From positions 20,956,001 through 21,020,000 of the forward strand of contig CM120646.1 in NCBI GenBank assembly GCA_051362555.1: a DNA stretch of 64,000 nucleotides, written 5' to 3'. Positions 25,701-47,356 of this stretch are shown in pieces (within the stretch, counting starts at the first letter, position 1; each line of letters begins with the position of its first letter). This stretch comes from Lingula anatina. Taxonomy: Eukaryota > Animalia > Brachiopoda. Under the pieces are notes generated by a model, which saw only the letters and a list, made by a program, of their open reading frames with translations, ran no database searches and had not been told where the DNA came from. Both the position numbers and the translations under genes were made by a program.

Positions 25701-28042
25701 GGAGTTACGTGATCAGATGAAGAAAGACAAAGAAGAAGAGAAGCTGGCAAGAAAAAGGGTGAAAGAGCAGATAGAAAAGGACAGGTATGGATAACTGGAA
25801 ACAAGCAAGTATCCAGCACTACAAGTCTTGCTTAGGTTATACAGAAAAGAAAGTATGGTGAGAGAGTGAGAGTATCCATCAATGGTAGATAAGATTCTAT
25901 GGTGTGGAAAGATTCTGCCCCATCAAGAGATATGAAATTCGTTAAAATACATGTTTTCATAATTCCAGATTAGAAAGAAAAGCCAGGTACGAAAAGGAAA
26001 AGCAGGAAAAAGAGAAGGCTAAGAATGAGGCCAGAGAAGCGAAGGAGGAAGAACAGAGGAGGTCGCTCGAGGCGGCAGAAGCAGTCAAAAGGTTTGTACC
26101 TCACGGTCTACTCTGTACAGCTGTCTTGTGACCAAAAACAGTTTGATTAGCCTTCTAAGGCATTTACAACATGTAGATCTGTAATATGCTATTAAATGTA
26201 TCATCAGAACCATTTGTCTCCAAAATTACTTTTAATTAATTTACTGTTCAGCATTTTGAATCTAACATTTTATTTTGGAAGCTGAACAGATCCTTTAATT
26301 CTCATCTCATTTTCTGAATTTGTCTCCTTGTTTGTTCTAGAGAAACAGCTCGTATCCAGTTCAGGTTACCAGACGGGTCTGCGCTGACGGAGCAGTTCCC
26401 CTCCCACCAGCCTTTACAAGCAGCCAAGGATTTTGTGTGTCAGGTAAACTTATCTACCAGTGACAAAATTGCTTCATTAAATTATGTATGGGCAGTTTTG
26501 ATTTTTCTTTTTGTATAATGCTTAATTCTCAGTCCTTGATAAGCAGTTTATTAGTTGTTTATTAAATGGAGGAACTGTAATTTGAGGTTTTTTAACATGT
26601 TAAGCATTATTTATTTATTTATTATTTATTTATTCCAGGATTGCATAGTAGATATACTTGATATTCTTGTTCAATTTTAGACCCAGTGTTGTATACACAA
26701 AAAATCAAAATGTTTCAGTCGCTGACATCAAGTGTCTTCCTCTTTGTTTTGCAGAAGCTGGGCAGTTCCTTTGGTCCATTCCAACTCCAAATGACCTACC
26801 CTCACAGGACGTTTGTGGACAGTGACATGCAGACATCTTTTCTAGACCTACAGCTTGCCCCCTCTGCTGTTATCTTGGTGAAACCTGTGAGTAGCTGAGG
26901 TTGTGGTAAATGATATGTAAACTGTGACATTGTTTGTGCCCAAATTATGGTTTCTGTTTGCTAAATATGAAACTAATACCTTCATCATAAACTCTTTTAC
27001 TCCAACTTAACATTCAATTGTGGTATGGATACCAAAAATGCTAAAAGCACATTTTTTACTGTATTACTTGTGATATAATTTATGTACACTGAAAGTTTTC
27101 ATTATATCTTAGCTTTTGTCACTATAATATATTGTAATGCACTGTTAGGTCATTGCCATGCACTACAACTCGTAAAGATTAGATCATCATAATATAAGCA
27201 CATTTTTCTTTCAGGGCAAGGCTTCATCCTCAGTGAAGCCCAGTGGTGGGGACTCTGGCTTGATAGCTCTGATACTGGCACCTTTCTTATGGCTGTGGGG
27301 TATTTTATGCTCCATGCTGTTTGGGTCACCCAGTCAGCCCAAGGGGGCATACAACTCTCCCCAGGAGGCGCAGTCTCCACGGCAACAACAGTCCACACAA
27401 CAGACAGATCCAAGTCCGTCGACTTCATCGTCAACACGATTAAACAGACCAAAAACGTATGTTATGATGTAGTGTAGTTGTTCTAAAAAAAGTGTCGTGT
27501 TAAATAAGTGTAGCAAATAGTTCATTGACAAATGAAATGTTCATTTTGCAAAAATGTAATTCTTATAGTTTACGTAAAGAAAAAATATTTATGTTACATG
27601 GTTATTAGTATTGTTATTATTATTTTAACAAGTTACGAGTTATGGTGTGATTTTTTTTCTATTTGAGCTGTATAAACTCTAATGAAATCATATTTTACAT
27701 AGAAGGGTAAATTTGAATCAAAATGTCGATGTCTCTAAAATCAATTTTTTTCAATTTTACATAGTTTTAGCTGCATTATGATACGCTGAGAGAGGAGAGT
27801 TTTTAATTGAAAGCTTTTAGATTTTGGTGTTAAGTACAAAAATTACAGCCCAAAATGCAGCACTGTTAACTTGAATGATTCTGAAACATTCTAGTATATG
27901 TCATCTTGTTTCATATTTTAGGGCTTACAAACGGAGGACCCCAATAAGCACTACAGAGGGGAACGTGCATAAATTTAACAACCCAGGGGACGAAGATGAC
28001 GACACAGCTACATGGAACGGGAACTCAACACAACAGATGTGA
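22713..28042 (+). CDS. UBXN4: UBX domain-containing protein 4 (erasin; p97/VCP ERAD adaptor)
   Basis: Exons 22713-22794, 23043-23148, 23498-23526, 23796-23914, 24314-24445, 24827-24924, 25365-25419, 25615-25784, 25969-26091, 26341-26443, 26755-26886, 27215-27456, 27922-28042. N-terminus MKWFTGGIPEAI, FSQLYPVVCIPSAFFIG, coiled coil, UBX motifs ARIQFRLPDGS, TYPHR and LDLQLAPSA, a hydrophobic hairpin, and the C-terminal hallmark TWNGNSTQQM*. Confidence 0.94.
23527..23795 (+). other. U12-type (minor spliceosome) GT-AG intron in UBXN4
   Basis: 5' site GTATCCTTTT. Branch site TTCTTTAAC at 23777-23785, ending 10 nt before the 3' splice junction, with no polypyrimidine tract. Splicing restores FSQL-Y-PVVCIP. 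Confidence 0.88.
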
Positions 28043-29218
28043 ATAAGACTGAAATAAGCTAGAAATCACGGCCAATCCCCTTTTCAATCTAGAGTCTGAC
28101 TACAAAGCCACAATGAGCCTCTCACGGTGGTAACATGTACCGAGTAGTATTCAAGACTGTTACACGTATAAACCATAGGATCTGACCCATGAACGTGATT
28201 TTTTCCTCATGAGGGGTGACAGATTTTAGCTTCAATATAATAATATACAATATATCTGTAATCAGGAACAGAGTAACTCCTTACCAAAGAAGGCATTTAT
28301 GGGGCATTTTAGAGAGGAGGCCAGAGATAAAAGAGTTTGTGTATGACCTAAATTTCAAAAATTCCAGAAACACAACGTTGAACATGACATCAATGTGCTG
28401 ATTTCACCTACAACATTTCATGAAAGTGAACCATTGCATTCAGAGAAAATGGGTCGGTAAATAATGATTTGAAAAAAAATAATGATGCTGTCATGAGAAA
28501 AAAGTGGCAATAATAGCACAACCTATCAGGATTTTTGTTTTGCTCTCCAGTTGACTGGCCCTCTTGGGAGTTCAATATTTATAATCATTTTGGACTGGTT
28601 TTCACTTTGTGGTTTTATGGTGACCTCTTTTTATTATGACTGTTGACTGCAGACACTTGGCTGCATAACTGCATGCTTTTGAGCAATTTCATTCAATGAA
28701 TAGAAAAAAAAAACGATCATGTTGCAGCTCAAAATATTGATATGACCAAGTGGTGGTGGCTGATATTTTGATACTTGCAGAAGAAAAAAAATAAAACTTA
28801 CCAAAAATGCTTTTCAATCACTTTTTAATCCATTTAATCTTTACAGAAAAATGCGATGATAAACTTAATTTAACGCATCAACGCTGGCAAACATACGGAC
28901 ACCAGTCAGCAAAAATCATTGAAACAGTAGTTACAACCAAGGCAGCAAAGCTGTCAAATTGACAGGCAAACAAGTTGTCAAAACTTTGAGAAATTGTGAT
29001 TTTGAAAAGGAACGCCTCAAATCCAATCGTAGAAAATATCAATTTGCGAGAAACAAGGAAAAATAAAAAATCATGAGAACTTTAAGAAAATCCAATCAGG
29101 TTGGTTTTTGAATTCGAGTAGTATCCGAGTTAGCGAGTGAAAATTCCACGAAAGTTGAAAGTTACAATGGGTTTTGGGACCTAAAATAAAGTCTTAGCGT
29201 CACGAAAATGCATTCTTC

Positions 29219-29220
<2 letters not shown>

Positions 29221-29264
<44 letters not shown>
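29221..29264. repeat. (TA)n microsatellite
   Basis: Directly visible TA run. Confidence 0.95.
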
Positions 29265-29266
<2 letters not shown>

Positions 29267-29959
29267 GGAGACAAAATGTTGGGTGGGTTCAGAAGTTTTG
29301 GTACATTCAGTTCAATTTTTTCATTCCCATATTCAACCGAATAGGTGTTAAAATTGATATAGCACACAGAGTTATTTTACTCTACCTTATGACTTTTTGT
29401 ACGAATTTGCTATTTCAGAAAACAAGAACAAGTTTCCAGTCAATTTCAGACCTAAAATAGGTTTCAGTACTATTGCAAACTGTGTTTGTGTTAACACATT
29501 TGATGAAACTACCAGGTGATGGAGGTATGTCAATAATTTTCATTAAAATAACCTGCTGGGTTTTTAAAGGGACTTTTTTTACTCAAACAAAGCCACGTAG
29601 TAAATGTAAAGTTACTAGTGATTAAAAAATAAAATAGTGGCAGTTGTAGTCACATTCAGATATAGTTGCATTGGACAGCACAGGCAGTCTGTATATATAA
29701 GTTCATTACTAGTAAATTGCATTGGCAGGTTGCATAAATGGAGTAACTTGGTAATTATTTATCATTTTCAAAGCATTTTTTCTAAAGATGGTAGTAGACA
29801 AAAAAAAAAAAAAACTTAATTCATTTTGACGTAATTTTTTTTTCTTTTTTGTCAGTTTGAAAATTAAAAAAAACTAGGCTAAATTGAAAAGTCCTAGTTT
29901 CACATATCAGTAAGTCATAATATGATAAAGAAAATAGAACAAGAACACAAGATCAATTT

Positions 29960-31853
29960 TGCACAAAATTCAATAATTTATTAAATAGTGCCCAGAAAAT
30001 TTGGCCAACTCGAATATCCACTACATCCACAGACAGAACACTGTCAATTGTTAAATCCACCGACGATACTACACTATATACTCCCATTACAGGCTCACAG
30101 ATTCAGAGTCAAATCAAATGCAAAAAATACAAATCCACATGTCAAATTGAATTGAAGGCATGATAAGTCACCACTATCAAAATGATACAGTGAAGATAAA
30201 TAATTGGTATAATTCTAATAAATCCACTTGGCAAATAAATCTATCACTAAATCTATCAAACCGACACTTGAAGAAATAATACTACACTCCAACTATGAAC
30301 TAAGTTTAAATCACCAACAAAGTGTTAAACCTTGGTAATAATAAATACAAATATAGATCTACACTCACCAGCTTGGAGAAACACCTAATAACCATAAACT
30401 AATATTCAAACCTCCTGTAGCCATATGATAACATAGCAGCATGGTTTGCATAGGGAAATTACACCAATGACTTACATAGCTCTTTCAGTGTTAGCATCCC
30501 TGCTACCAGTGGGGGTGGGTGTTCAAACTGAACCCAAATACATATTTTAAAACCATACAGTGTCAGTTTCTAGTAAACATTTTTTTTAACCTTCAGAAGT
30601 GGATATGTGAAGTAAAATTCATTGGACAAGCCCTCCCTCAACCGAGCTACTTTCCTTCCAGAGGGGCTTGTAGCTGAGTTGATGAAAGGCTTCTGCTTGG
30701 ATGAGGCACAGTCCAATTATCAACAGCATGATTTGTCTTTATACAATATCTGTTTGGTTGACCCTAAGTATCCTCAGCATAAACTCCATCATGTTTTTCT
30801 ATCCAAATATCACCAAAAACAATCCCCCACTGTAGCTATAAACACCTTCGACACTGACTATCCATTTATCATTACATATCGCTGGCTAAAAAATAAATGC
30901 ACAACAAAATTTCTTAAATATAAGTTAATACACATAATCCAACAAACCCTAATCTGAACCAGTTTTCCTACAATGGGACCATGCTGGGAGGACCTGCACT
31001 CTCTTAGCACTGACAACTTCTCAGATCTGGCCACCAACATTTGGATTTACAGGACTACAGTCAATGTCAACTTAAAAAACAAATTTGAAAACATAAATGA
31101 AATGCAACTGTCTACTTTGGCTGAAATGTGGAAGGCTATTCCTTGGCACATCTAACTGTTGATTTTTTCCTTGTAGTGTATTGAAACAAAATCCACTGCC
31201 TCACGTTTTCATTATCACAGTCTTCTTTTTTATTCGAGGCACAGAGATATAAAATATTGTAATATATTTTCATTTTAATATGCTACAAGATCAATGGATG
31301 AAGAGGTAGAGTGGAATGACCATTATCTATAATCAATAGACTGCATAGCTCTTTTACTGTGCAGGACCAAGAAAGGTTAACAACTGGATTATTAAATGAA
31401 ATAAAATTCAACAACTTAAATAACAGGCTTGGGTTTGGGATCCTATACTAAATATTCCATTTGTAGCAAAATGCTTTAAGGCATAAGGGGAGAATACTTT
31501 GAATAAAATAAAGTTTCGTGATTGGTAACTATGGCATGTTTAAAACATTTTAACTTTCTTAATTGTAAGTAAAAAGTGAAATCAGACAGGCTAACAATGG
31601 CAAGGCATGATTATCAATTTTGTTAGTCCCAAAGTGACCTGTAAAATTGTACTGAGGTGTCGTTTAGAATGAAAGAATAAGATCGTGAAAATCATATTGA
31701 TCAAAACCTGTTTTTACACAGTACAATCCACCCCTATGCCTTGAAGTTTTTACCACAAGGACAGAAAATTTGTTAACAATGAAAAGGACTTGCAAATGGT
31801 AGCTTATTTCTTACATAAAAACAGTCCAAAAAAGTTCTATTTCTTTCTTTTCA

Positions 31854-31899
<46 letters not shown>

Positions 31900-34800
31900 C
31901 AAACTTGTCATATCACAAACAATTTGAATGAGTATTGCATAAATTACTGTGAAAATCAAACAAATGTTTGCCAAAAACTACAACGCATTTCAAATTTACT
32001 GAGCTACCGATTTAAAAAATGACAAATTTTAAAGACAAAAACCAAAATTTCAGAATCCAACACAATTCCTTCCCACAAGTCCCCAGCATGGCACTATATA
32101 TCAACCTAGAATCCAGTCCCACAGCTCTCTAGTAGCTGTCTACTCATCACACTTTGTACTGCATCAAATGGCTAAATATAAAAGATAAATATCAATATGA
32201 CCAGGCTACTTGAACAGCAGTTATAATATTAATTATAATAATAATAGCAGCTGTGAACAACTTTAAACCTTGATTAAAAACAACTACAGAACATGAAAAA
32301 TTGTCAAAAATTCTAAACCTTGAATACAATAATTAGAATCCAACTCATAGAGTGAGAACATGGTCAGAAGACAAGGTTGACCTCTGGTTTGTATGGGTCA
32401 GCACAGGACTGAATGATGAAAGACACTTCACCATACAAATAACTGCGAAACGGAAAATCGCCCACTGTAACTAAATTTACAAGATAAACTGTATTTCAGT
32501 CCAATTTTCTAAAAGATTGTAGTTTTAGTTTATGTCTCTGAAAACTTTCAATTAAATTTATACTGTAATATATACCAGTATCAACAAAAAATATATTTAG
32601 TACCAAATTTCTCTCAAGTCAGATGTGTAAGGTTATTGGCCAATGTCAAAAAAGTATCCTGGCAGAATACCGTACTTCTAATCCAAGCTTGTGCTGAATA
32701 CATACAAACCAGTATTTTTCCTTTCTCGCCAATTTCAACACTCCTAATAATATACTACATACACACACATAACTAATGAACTTCTTCAAAACTTGAAACA
32801 TGATTTGCAAAAATACATGACATTATATGCTAATATTTATACATACTATGTGAGACTACCAAAACACTCTGCTTAAATATAATACATGTCCCAGTAACTG
32901 TAGAATCTCCACAAAACCCTGATTAAATTTACTATAAGGACTGCCGCATGTGCTTTCCTTATATTTTTATGTATACATATATCACTACAGGGATATAAGC
33001 CATAGAAAGCCAACAACCACTCACAACCCATTGTGATAATTCAAACAAACCGCAGATCCCTGTGACACTGCACAAATTTTAACTGGACAGATACTGAACC
33101 AAATTGGACCCTTCCCATCAGCCCTATTAAACTATTCCAATTCGTTTGGATTAAATCTCAGTGCAGACATATGCCATTGCTGTGTTTTACCAAAGGATTA
33201 AAGTCTTTCTCACAACCATATATCCATCATCCCGACAGTCCTAAGCTATTTAGTACATCTCCTCATACCCTATATCTTATATGGTATTCAGTAAAACAGG
33301 AAACCTGTAGTGTGCATAAATCTGTCAGATATCCCAGTCTTTCTACAGACCAATACCAAATGTCAACACACTCCTTTTTACCAGAAAACAGGACTTTTTA
33401 TGCTCCTCTTGGTGACAAAAGGCAGTTTCCCATAAAGCATTATAAATTAGCAATAGTTGTACAGGTATATTTTCCAGATTGCACATCTGTATCACAAAGA
33501 TATAATGCTCAATGTCAAAAAGACCTTTGGTGACAACCAAGTTTGACCACTAAAATGTCGTCATCTGGATTTACATGAGACTATTTTTAAGTATAATGAA
33601 AACAAGAAACAAAATGAAAAACATCTCTAAATGTAGCATATACCAGAAGCAGAAAAATGCCACCAGTAAGTAATCTGTTGCATGGTAGTTCTTATGACCA
33701 ATTCTGATTATTACAAAAATGGAATATGACAAGGTAGGCATCACAAGCGTCATGTTACTTACTGCAGTAAGACTCGGTTTCTAGCTCAAGAACTTTACTA
33801 TCTAAATATCCACTAACACACATCTTTAAATATAATCCAAGTCTATCTAGAAGATCCCTTAAAGCTGATATTTTTAATGTATATAATCATCATACTTATT
33901 TTAAGATAGCTACTTTTTATCTGTGTATTCAATACCTGGATAACTATCAACTGTATCCTTTAACATTACAAAAATAAATATACCAGCCTATAAGTCTGAT
34001 TATAGATAATGACACATTGAACCTTTAAGCACTTGAACTGGTTTTGCATAACACTATTAAATATTTTACTAAGAATCGAAACATACTTAATGTATCTCCC
34101 AAGGTTAATGCAGTGTATGGCATTTTACCTCTAGGAATATGACACACAACAGTAGATCTCTGATAGCCTAAAGACACACGAACCACTGACATTGTATGCA
34201 GCGTCAATCCTCAATTTCAAATGCTCTCCATCATGAATAATGTGTATTCTTGGGAGTAGGAGTTTCTTAAAAGATGCATGTGAACAGTTAGGTTTATGAC
34301 TTATATTAGTGTGATGTAATGTCAACCAGTGTGTCATACCAAGTGCCCCATCATCATATAACTATCTAGGTTGCTTAGCTACAGTATCACATAATAATAT
34401 GTATTTGATTTGGCAACTGGAGTCTTTTTTTTTATCTACATATGAAGTAAACTGTCACTAGTCTCTGGTAATTACAAGTATCACAAGTCTGGAAATATAT
34501 CTCATATCTCTTTTGTTCAGTGAAATGGAATGTGGGTAATCTCCAATTGTAATAACAGATCCAATATTCCTATGGAAATGACGCCTTAGCTACTGGGAAT
34601 TGCTCACTGCACTCTGTAACCATAATCTGATACTTTAATTAACAATCTGCTTTAATTCTTATCATTATTTAGAACTTGTAAAAATTGGATCATTCTTTAG
34701 ATAATAGAAATAATAAGCTTTTGAAAAATTGCAACTATCATCTCAAAATATAGCTTTACGTGAACTGTTTAAAGGGAGAGAAAAGCTATTTGGTAATGTT

Positions 34801-37247
34801 TTAAAATCAATGGTTTAGCATGTACTAGTGACACAGATACTGAAATAATAATAGCAGAATATTTGATTTTCCCACTGAACACTTACCTGCAGTGAAAGCA
34901 CATAATAATATAATGCACATTAAAATATTATGCAGAATTTTTGATGCCTCTATTATGTTGGCATCTAAATTAACTCTACAACCATTATTAACCGAATTAT
35001 TTTTACACTTTTCACAGACTTCAGACCACTTGATGTTGCTCCTGTCTACACAACGTGTACAAAACTCACAGATGAAGAATCTAGAAAAATCGAACTCTAG
35101 GTCCTAATCATTCAACAGCACTAAAAGGTATACTTCGTTGTTTTGTGCACATCAGATTCCCAGTACTCGTCAATTAATTAGATACACCATTGATTAGATG
35201 CCATATACCTGGAGTTCATATGTATGTCCTATACACTCCCTGAAAAAGGTGCTGTGAGTGGGTGTACCCTTGTAACTGGGTCCTCTTGTTATTTAAAGTA
35301 ATTGTTTCACATACTAATTTAGTCTTGCAAAAAAATATATATATAACTGAACTAACTTGTTAGACAGGTAGAAGCCAGACTAACCTACTTCTGCATTTGC
35401 ATGTATTAATACATGCAATATTTATATCTACACATTCATCCCTCTTTCAATGCTTCAATACACTATTCCTTTCTATATACAGAATAGGTGGATTTCAGTT
35501 TACCTGAGATAAAGCAGAATATATTGTGACAATATTTGTTCACTCAACTCCTTATTCAGAGACCATATTCTATGCCTTTTTAAACTATCTGTTAAAATAT
35601 TCCAGTCTCTTCTATACAGTATCAAGTGCTCACACAGAGAGACAAGTGATCATCTGAACACCTACACACCTGTGCCGGCATCAAAACATAAGTAAACCAA
35701 CAATATAACACAACAGCTGAATTAAAGAATTGCTTTTGAGAAAAAATGTCAAAAATTGCACACTAACATTTCAACCAGCATTGTCAAAACTTCATCAAAC
35801 TCTAATTCTATATACATTATAGTACAGTTCACAGTGATATCTATCTCCTATACATTACTAGCTACATATACAGTTATTTGGCCTTGGGAGAGATAGTTCT
35901 AAAGTCCTTAAAAGCTGGAGAATAAATGACACTCACAGCCACTATGTGTTGTTTACTATCTGCCTGATCTACTATAAGGATTTGCAGTCTGCAAGGCAAC
36001 TTCAGGCACAAAATGTCTTTTCATAATTGAGCAGCAAGTCATGACACTCCATTATTTCCACTGATGCTGAAACCAAATATTTCTGCAAGTGCCAGACCAA
36101 AGTTTCCAAGCAGCTGCATCCCTGTCAGCATGACCATCCACCAAGCATTACAGAATTACCTTTGCCTCAGAAGAGACACATACACCATGTGAATTATCAG
36201 TCTAAACAAAATAAAGAAAATGAAACTGTAGCACAGCTTTTGTGTAAGAATTGGAAAAATCTACCAAAGCTGTAGTCGTCACTCAATCGTCACTGGTTCC
36301 ATCATCAGTGTGTTGAAGCATATCCAGTTTCCATGCCATGCAGGCATAATGTCGATCAATGTTTAGCAGTTATCAAGAAAATATACTGTTTAATGCAAAG
36401 GCTGGTATACCATAAATGTCTTTCAGACAATACAGGGTAATTAAATAACCATTACAATAATAGCAACATAATCTGAGTAAATGTAAATTAATAAATAGCA
36501 AAGCCACAACACATTCCATTACACACTCTTAGACCTACATCCACTGACAAATCCCTATAACTTTTCAGTGATAGAGAAACAGAGATCATCTTCAATACCC
36601 GGATCTGAAATATTATAAAATGGAACATATTGCAGAACTGTCACTGAAGAAACCACTCCAGAGTAATAACAGTGGTTAACCTGCACAGAAAGCAAATATA
36701 TAACACCGTGCAACATACCAAATACATCTTTTAGAGTTTGGTACTCTGCAATCTATCACAATCATAGTAGACTAGCATCAGACTTGTCATAATACTTTCA
36801 ACAATAAACATATCAAAATGCTTATTGGTTTCTATCATAATCCCATATTATACTGAAGCATTCAAAAGCCATATTATTCTATTCAATCCCCCCTAGATTT
36901 AGTGATTGGAACAATATGCGATGTACTACAATCACACACAGCATTTGAGCACAGAGAGGGTTCAGAAAAGTCCTTAACACTTTATAACATATAATTAACC
37001 ATCTATATCAAACTTAATTGAGTATTACTCCATAAAGTTTAGCTCAATGCTAATTCTTGTCACAGAGACTGCATGCAACAAGCATTAACTTTGCCATCAA
37101 ACTTTGGAACTCTTTTTCAAATCCAGTGAGCGTCAAAGAATAAGGCTGATTTTGAGGTTGATAATACCATGTAAAAAAGGCAAGCATGCTTAGTTTTCCC
37201 TAATAAACTTAGATCAAGCGATAAATAACAGTACTCAATATAAGAGG
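29960..37247 (-). other. Probable very long MEIOC 3' UTR
   Basis: No exon-like coding sequence seen. Minus-strand AATAAA at 29982-29977, followed by a GT-rich tract (TTGTGTTCTTGTTCT). Extent is inferred. Confidence 0.45.
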
Positions 37248-44661
<7,414 letters not shown>

Positions 44662-45079
44662 GTAAATTGAGCGAAACCAGCTGGTTTTTCTCAGTCATGT
44701 TGTATTGAGAGCGCCATAAGAAAACATCTTGATAGAATATGCAAATCGTGTGCGCGATCGCTGTTCCATTTCGCGCCCCCTGTTGAAGTTATGCAAAAAA
44801 AATGATAGCAAATTGTGAATACCGTGCACGCAGCGGGAAAAGTTTCAATGAAAAATATAGCTAATATTCTACTTATTCACTGTGCCTTATGTTACATAGT
44901 TTTGATCAAAACATAGGCACCCAGCAATTATTATCCTGATCTCGATCCAAGTTTCGTGATCACATCACCTTGGCATTCACAATTTTATATGTCACCAAAA
45001 TAATACCCCATGATGCATCAGTTAGCGCGCCATCATCAAGAAAGCATCGTCAGCTGAGATAATTTTGTTTTTTATGCTA
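44662..45079. promoter_or_regulatory. Putative bidirectional promoter MEIOC/DNAJC9 with E2F-type sites and octamer
   Basis: Divergent ATGs with 418 bp between them. TTTCGCGC at 44769-44776, GCGGGAAA at 44833-44840, ATGCAAAT at 44739-44746. Confidence 0.6.
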
Positions 45080-47066
45080 ATGGGCTTGCTGGACGAGTGT
45101 CAGGAGCTTTTTGGCTCCTCCGATCTGTATGAGGTTCTTGGGTTGACAAAGGCATCGTCTGCAAGTGAAGGTATTCATATTATCAACGGAATCGTGGTTT
45201 ATGTGAAGGGGAAAGATTCCCAGGATTTACACATTTTTATCTTGAGACTTTAAGACTATTCCCAGATATTATCGTACTAACTTTTGGTCGAACTATCTCC
45301 AAGGGGATTCTCGCTTAATTGCAATTACTTTAAGCGGCTTAGATGTCTGTCACGCCTACTGAAGCTGATAGGGGGTAATTAACTATCGTTTAGCAGCTTT
45401 AGTAGGCGTCCCAGACATCTGAGCCACTTAAGCTGAAAGCAATTTAGCGAGATGGACCGATCCTGTTAGATCGACCCTGTTAGATCGATCGTGGGATAGA
45501 AACCCAGTCTTTGACTGGTTTCCATGCCTAGATAGATCCATCTGGATCGGTCTAATTCCCTGGGGTGTTTCACTAAATTGCTATCAACTAACCTGGTACA
45601 TACGAACCAAGCATTGGTGGAGCACGGATTCCCAGTAACACATGTAAACCACTTCTACTAGTTTCTTCTACGACTCTAATAAATTCGACATGCCAAGGGA
45701 TCAACTGAATAAATCATCTGATCTGCCATAAAAGAGCTTTAGAGTGCTCCTTTCTTTAAATTTTTGGTTGTCAATTTAACCTACTTTCCTGACCTACTTT
45801 TCTGCCCCATTGACAATCAGCATAAACTGCTAGCAGAAAAATCTGTTTAAACATCACTTTCGGGTAAAATTAAACAATGCCTTTTGGTAATTCTCTTAGT
45901 TATACTACTTGAAACTATATGCTGGCATTTGGTTGGTTTTTATGACAAAAAATTGACTTTGTATGTATCTTTAAATGTCTATCACACCTACCAAATCAGC
46001 TAGGAGGTAAAGATAATTACTAGTACCCCTTACAATTTTACAAGACGTAACAGACATTTAAACTGTTTAAAATGATAGCAATTTAGTGAGACCCCCCAGG
46101 GAGATAGATCGATCCAAATATCTGTTGGAATGGTCCCTTTGAGTAATCATTCAAATACAACTACGTACATTGTCTGCAGAGAGTCTATTTAACGCTGCTA
46201 TCTTAAAACATGACTAAATAACACTCAATAATGGTGTAACCTGAAATGGTTAGCTGCAACTTGCAATGCCTTATAACTTACCATGGTTTCCAATGCACCT
46301 TCCACCCTTAGCCTTGCCTTGTTATGCCGTACCCCCTCCCCTGCCTACCTAACACCATGGGTGAAAGTCTTCAGGATTATGCCAGATTTCAGGATATACA
46401 TTCAGTCTTCATGTTAATCATTTTTTTCATATGGATAATGGTGGAAGTGTTATGAGCAACTTTCACTTAATGTGGGTTACATGTCTTTGTTTTTGTCTTT
46501 TCTCTTACGTGGTGGTTTTGATAAATGTCTCTGCTATTCAGAGTAACTTTGGCAATGTTATTTACTCCCTCATTTCCACTAATCCCATTAAAAAAACTAT
46601 GGGAGTTAATTTCAGGAATGAACACCAAAAAAATCAGTAACAAAACTCATTTGAATAACAGAGACACTGTTTACTTTCAAGTCACTTCATAAGATGGGAA
46701 TGGGAACATACTGCCCAAGTACTCCAAATTCTAGTTTAATGCATGTAATAACATTAGACCTTTTATAATGTTTATGGTATATTTTCTGTATGCTTGCTAC
46801 AGAATGCACATAGCGAAAAGAAAATGTCCACACAGTCTTGTGGGCAGTCGAAGGTCTTTTTCTGTCGGATGTGCCAAATTTTATTAAAATTTTTGATATT
46901 TGTTTTGTTTTAGTGAAAAGAGGTTACCATAAATTGTCCCTTCAAGTTCATCCAGACAGAGTAAAACCCAGAGAAAAAACTGTAGCCACAAAGAAATTCC
47001 AAGCTCTTGGGAAGGTCTACTCCATTCTGTCTGACAAGGACAAGAGAGCTGTTTATGATGAAACAG
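45080..47066 (+). CDS. DNAJC9: DnaJ homolog subfamily C member 9 (J-domain histone H3-H4 co-chaperone), exons 1-2 only; remainder expected beyond window
   Basis: Exon 1 45080-45170 ([22 protein letters not shown]...SE). Exon 2 46914-47066 ([17 protein letters not shown]...[28 protein letters not shown]), with the HPD motif. Exon 3 not seen in the window. Confidence 0.9.
45303..45458. mobile_element. Palindromic (fold-back) MITE related to 45560-46099
   Basis: CTCGCTTAATTGC...TTAAGCGGCTTAGATGTCTG...ACGCCTACTGAAGCTG pairs with CAGCTTTAGTAGGCGT...CAGACATCTGAGCCACTTAA...GCAATTTAGCGAG. Termini resemble the neighbouring element's TIR. Confidence 0.65.
45560..46099. mobile_element. MITE, probably PIF/Harbinger-derived, in DNAJC9 intron 1
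   Basis: CTGGGGTGTTTCACTAAATTGCTATCA versus TGATAGCAATTTAGTGAGACCCCCCAG gives a 25/27 inverted match, including CWG flanks. Confidence 0.75.
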
Positions 47067-47356
47067 GTGAAATAAAGCTAAAACTTGAGTCCTTTATTAA
47101 GACAAAAGTGCTGCTGCAGTTGAATGTAATTGGTGGATAAGACCTCAAAGAAGAAAAAAGAAAAAAACTAACAGAGTCATGGTTTAATTCATTTTCTTAG
47201 TCCTAGGGACTTGGGGAAATTGGTTTTAAAAGCAGTCATAGGGAACAGGGCATTGTTTAGGCTTTGTGAAGAAGTACTAGTCATCCAAAATGGAGTAGTC
47301 TACAGGGGCGCCCATTTTTTTCTGGATTCTAACAGTTTGTCAAGATGTAATTATTG

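Noticed and set aside
28900-29470. Possible DNA-transposon relic after UBXN4 (GACCTAAAATA repeated near 29178 and 29449)
   Set aside because: Could not define termini or a TSD.
30622-35107. Short ORFs of 60-120 aa between UBXN4 and MEIOC
   Set aside because: No recognisable domains, splice structure or coding-like composition; consistent with UTR or intergenic sequence.
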